Source of the DNA: a virus
Taxonomy: Duplodnaviria > Heunggongvirae > Uroviricota > Caudoviricetes
DNA length: 24,423 bases
Strand: one strand, 5' to 3'
IMG/VR virus record: IMGVR_UViG_2531839474_000007
Span: 1-24,423 of that record
In this document: positions 24,219-24,423 of the stretch, piece by piece
Numbering within the stretch: the stretch's first letter is position 1
Layout of the letters: each line of letters begins with the position of its first letter
Position numbers and translations under genes: made by a program
The notes under the pieces: model-generated
The model's database searches: none
What the model was told of the DNA's origin: nothing
What the model saw: the letters and a program-made list of their open reading frames with translations, nothing else

Positions 24219-24423
24219 ATGTCAACACCAAATCCCCTTGAGCCGGTAAAAGGTGCCGGTACCACCCTGTGGGTTTATAACGGTCAGGGTGACGCCTATG
24301 CAAACCCGTTGTCAGACGATGACTGGCTGCGACTGGCTAAGGTGAAGGATCTGACGCCGGGCGAGATGACGGCAGAACCCTACGATGATAACTACCTGGA
24401 TGATGAAGACGCGGACTGGACCG
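24219..24423 (+). CDS. V: major tail protein V, 5' part only (runs off the right edge)
   Basis: [20 protein letters not shown]...[22 protein letters not shown] matches the lambda gpV N-terminus as recalled. Confidence 0.85.
   Translation, partial: MSTPNPLEPVKGAGTTLWVYNGQGDAYANPLSDDDWLRLAKVKDLTPGEMTAEPYDDNYLDDEDADWT

Larger units (their letters stand above)
3477..24423 (+). mobile_element. lambdoid prophage (partial): hok region, late regulatory region, tRNA/moron slot, lysis cassette, cos and head/tail genes; continues beyond the right edge
   Basis: Collinear lambda-like gene order with cos placed between Rz and Nu1, as expected for an integrated prophage; left boundary not determinable from the window. 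Confidence 0.8.

Noticed and set aside
1-24423. CRISPR arrays, rRNA genes, integrase or attachment site
   Set aside because: No regularly spaced direct repeats, no rRNA-like sequence, and no integrase or att core recognised; the prophage ends lie outside the window

Overview
This 24.4-kb window reads as part of a lambdoid (Stx-phage-like / Qin-like) prophage in an Escherichia/Shigella-type genome. Left to right: an AT-rich minus-strand accessory operon (SAM-dependent methyltransferase plus a membrane-protein gene split by an IS629-type IS3-family element); a hok/mok type I toxin locus; a late-regulatory block (YdfU-like DUF968/HNH protein, RusA resolvase, putative Q antiterminator, tR'-like terminator); three phage tRNA genes (Ile2-CAU, Arg-UCG, Arg-UCU) in the slot where Stx phages carry stx, followed here by a TerB-like pseudogene and a small membrane ORF instead of a toxin; a NanS-p-type sialate O-acetylesterase; a second, identical IS629 copy in inverted orientation; a structured repeat region ending in a strong terminator; the lysis cassette (pinholin S, opposite-strand AT-rich moron, SAR endolysin R, a 335-bp insert, Rz/Rz1); a PerC-family (pch-like) regulator moron; cos; and lambda-like packaging/head genes Nu1-A-W-B-C/Nu3-D-E-FI-FII-Z-U with the start of V. 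No CRISPR array, rRNA or stx genes were seen. The unexplained pieces are the small inserts between conserved late genes and the IS-disrupted AT-rich operon at the left end. None could be assigned to a known defence or toxin system from sequence alone, so functional proposals are labelled as inference. All protein-family calls rest on recalled motifs and gene order, not on database searches.
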